DNA of 48,618 bases, filler included, from Basidiobolus ranarum (lineage: Eukaryota): NCBI GenBank assembly GCA_040143965.1. It is 2 parts of 2 records of this genome, joined end to end, with 100 filler letters (N's around TTAATTAATTAA, not from the genome) between each part and the next. Parts side by side here need not be neighbours in the genome. Positions count along the whole stretch, not along the records: positions 24,384 to 48,618 come from JASJQH010000157.1; 1 more part is not named here. One strand, written 5' to 3'. The position numbers were made by a program, and so were the translations under genes. The notes below the pieces were generated by a model. The model was not told the origin of the DNA, ran no database searches, and saw only the letters and a program-made list of their open reading frames with translations. This document shows, piece by piece, positions 46,985 to 48,618 of the stretch (within the stretch, counting starts at the first letter, position 1; every line of letters begins with the position of its first letter).

Positions 46985-48618
46985 TTAATTATCTTCAAAC
47001 CGAGTCCAAGATTTTTCGATTTCTTGTTCTTCGTCCTCGGTCCTTAAAACCACCTTTTCTGGGGATTTGCCTTTATCGTTCTCTGAAGTGGAATTTGGCG
47101 AAATGCTCGAGGTTGTATCTTCTTTTGATTCCTGGTTTCCTATTTCATTCTCTACTTCCTCTAGTATCGATGATTCAATTGGTTGAGCGAGAGAGTTTGG
47201 GGAGTTGGCTTCTTCCATCGTCCTACGAGAAACGTCATCACTAGGGATGATTGCTGGTGTGGGATTCGGATTTGGTTCGTTGACACTACTTGATTGAACA
47301 TTGCCTAAGTTCAGGGAAGATTCCGGTCTTTCTCGAGGGTTCGGTACAAAAGTGGGAGTGGCTGATAACGGAGTAGGGAGTATGGAGAGAGCTTGTGTAA
47401 GTGTAGTGGCGACATCGAACAATCGTCGCTGAGCCTCTTCACATATCCTTAATCGTTCTTGAAGGGCCTGGCGTGTTTCAGTCTCCAGTACACTAAGTTG
47501 TTCATCGCTGAGAGCAAACGATTCAAGGTCATAGGAAAGTGGTTGCTGGGGGAACAAAGGGATGAGGTTGGAGAGTTGACCAAGAGGAATTAAACCTGGA
47601 AGCATTTGAGGTCCATTCGGTGCCTGGTAAGATTGCAAATGAGGTACACCGTTTAAAGGATATTGTCCTTGACGAAGGGTTTCACGTATATGTTCAGAAG
47701 TGATCGAGTTATAAGTGGGGGGCGATGTCTAAGTATGAGAAAATGTACTTTTGATTAGCAAATTGCTGTACACACTTCAAATTCGATACATATATTTACC
47801 TCAGTTGCAGTGCCGTTACTGGTTTGTCCAGTTTCGTTTTGATCCGTTCTTGGGGTTTCGTTTCCGGCTTGATCATTTTTCGTGGGATTCATGCGTTGGT
47901 TCGGTAGTGGCTGTTGATTTGGAATTAACATATGCGGTGCAAACACCGGCCCTTGATTGCCAAATATTCCGGCTGGAGGAACTCTTTGCTGAGGGGCAAG
48001 TGGCTGATTCTGTGGTATAGGATTTGCAGCAGGGGCTGGAGATGTATTATGTGCTATGTTAAACACGAGTTTGAAAAATTATGAGATTCTGTAAATAAAT
48101 AATACTTACGCTCGGGTAAAACCGTGCGACGACTTCAAAGTATACATAAAAGTATATAGATCATGGTTAATATTGAAGTAATATATAATGATAGATATAT
48201 CGCTTACCAAGTGGGACAACTTTGCTGTCTTTCGAGCCAGCTTCTTAAGCAACGGAAATGGAAAATATGGCCACAAGGCAATTTTTTTGGTGTTTCCCCT
48301 AAGGATTGAGCGGTTCTATTTCTAACAGGTCGACCAGCGGCGGCTTCACCATTGGCAGCATTTTCCTGCTGGTCAGCATTTGCTAGTCTAGGTGCTTCCA
48401 TTTCTTCTCTACAAATAATACAAGTACGATCAGACATTCTCTCAAGTTCCTCTCCAGTGGCATCAGGATATCTTTCATTCATATTTCGAGTAGCCTGGCG
48501 GTATCGGATTAAGGCGCGACATTTTTGATCGAACGAGCGAAAAGTGACGTATACATCACGGATGATATGTAAAGGTAAGCCATAGTATACCATAATAATT
48601 GCAAAGAAGACCAAATAT
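46985..48618 (-). CDS. HRD1: ERAD E3 ubiquitin ligase Hrd1, C-terminal part (last TM, RING-H2, Pro-rich tail); 5' end outside the window
   Basis: YYGLPLHIIRDVYVTFRSF...YRQATRNMNERYPDAT..EL...DRTCIICREEM...PKKLPCGHIFHFRCLRSWLERQQSCPT(C|RRTVL after splicing). The conserved C-terminal LSDEQLSVLETETRQALQERLRI helix is in the last exon. Confidence 0.95.

Noticed and set aside
48290-48400. Long insertion inside the Hrd1 RING finger
   Set aside because: Variable low-complexity insertions at this position are usual in fungal Hrd1.

Overview
Eukaryotic, intron-containing genomic DNA (short GT-AG introns, mostly about 50-100 nt, with CTRAC/CTAAC branch sites). It is most consistent with an early-diverging fungus; the gene repertoire suggests Zoopagomycota such as Basidiobolus, which is inference only. 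Left of a 100-nt scaffold gap (24284-24383) is a gene-dense block: 3' end of a cytosolic Hsp70, tRNA-Pro(CGG), a secreted PA/Fn3-type subtilase, a GDA1/CD39 nucleoside diphosphatase, a cold-shock-domain protein with a prion-like tail, a large multi-exon gene with Fanconi anaemia group A (FANCA)-like motifs, ATG12, an Obg/MTG2 GTPase with a long N-terminal extension, and a Sec16-like low-complexity ORF running into the gap. Right of the gap the DNA is gene-sparse. It holds a decayed Fanzor1 (eukaryotic TnpB-like RNA-guided nuclease) gene in a probable TA-flanked DNA transposon, a MATA-type HMG-box gene, a truncated M20 peptidase duplicate, a possible Ty1/copia relic, a Pho80-type cyclin, an intact M20 peptidase, RPS19, a Max/Mlx-like bHLH-zip factor, a 7TM receptor and the 3' part of HRD1. 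The best leads are the Fanzor relic, the fungal FANCA-like gene and a highly structured intron in the cold-shock gene. All family calls come from motif recognition by eye; no searches were run.
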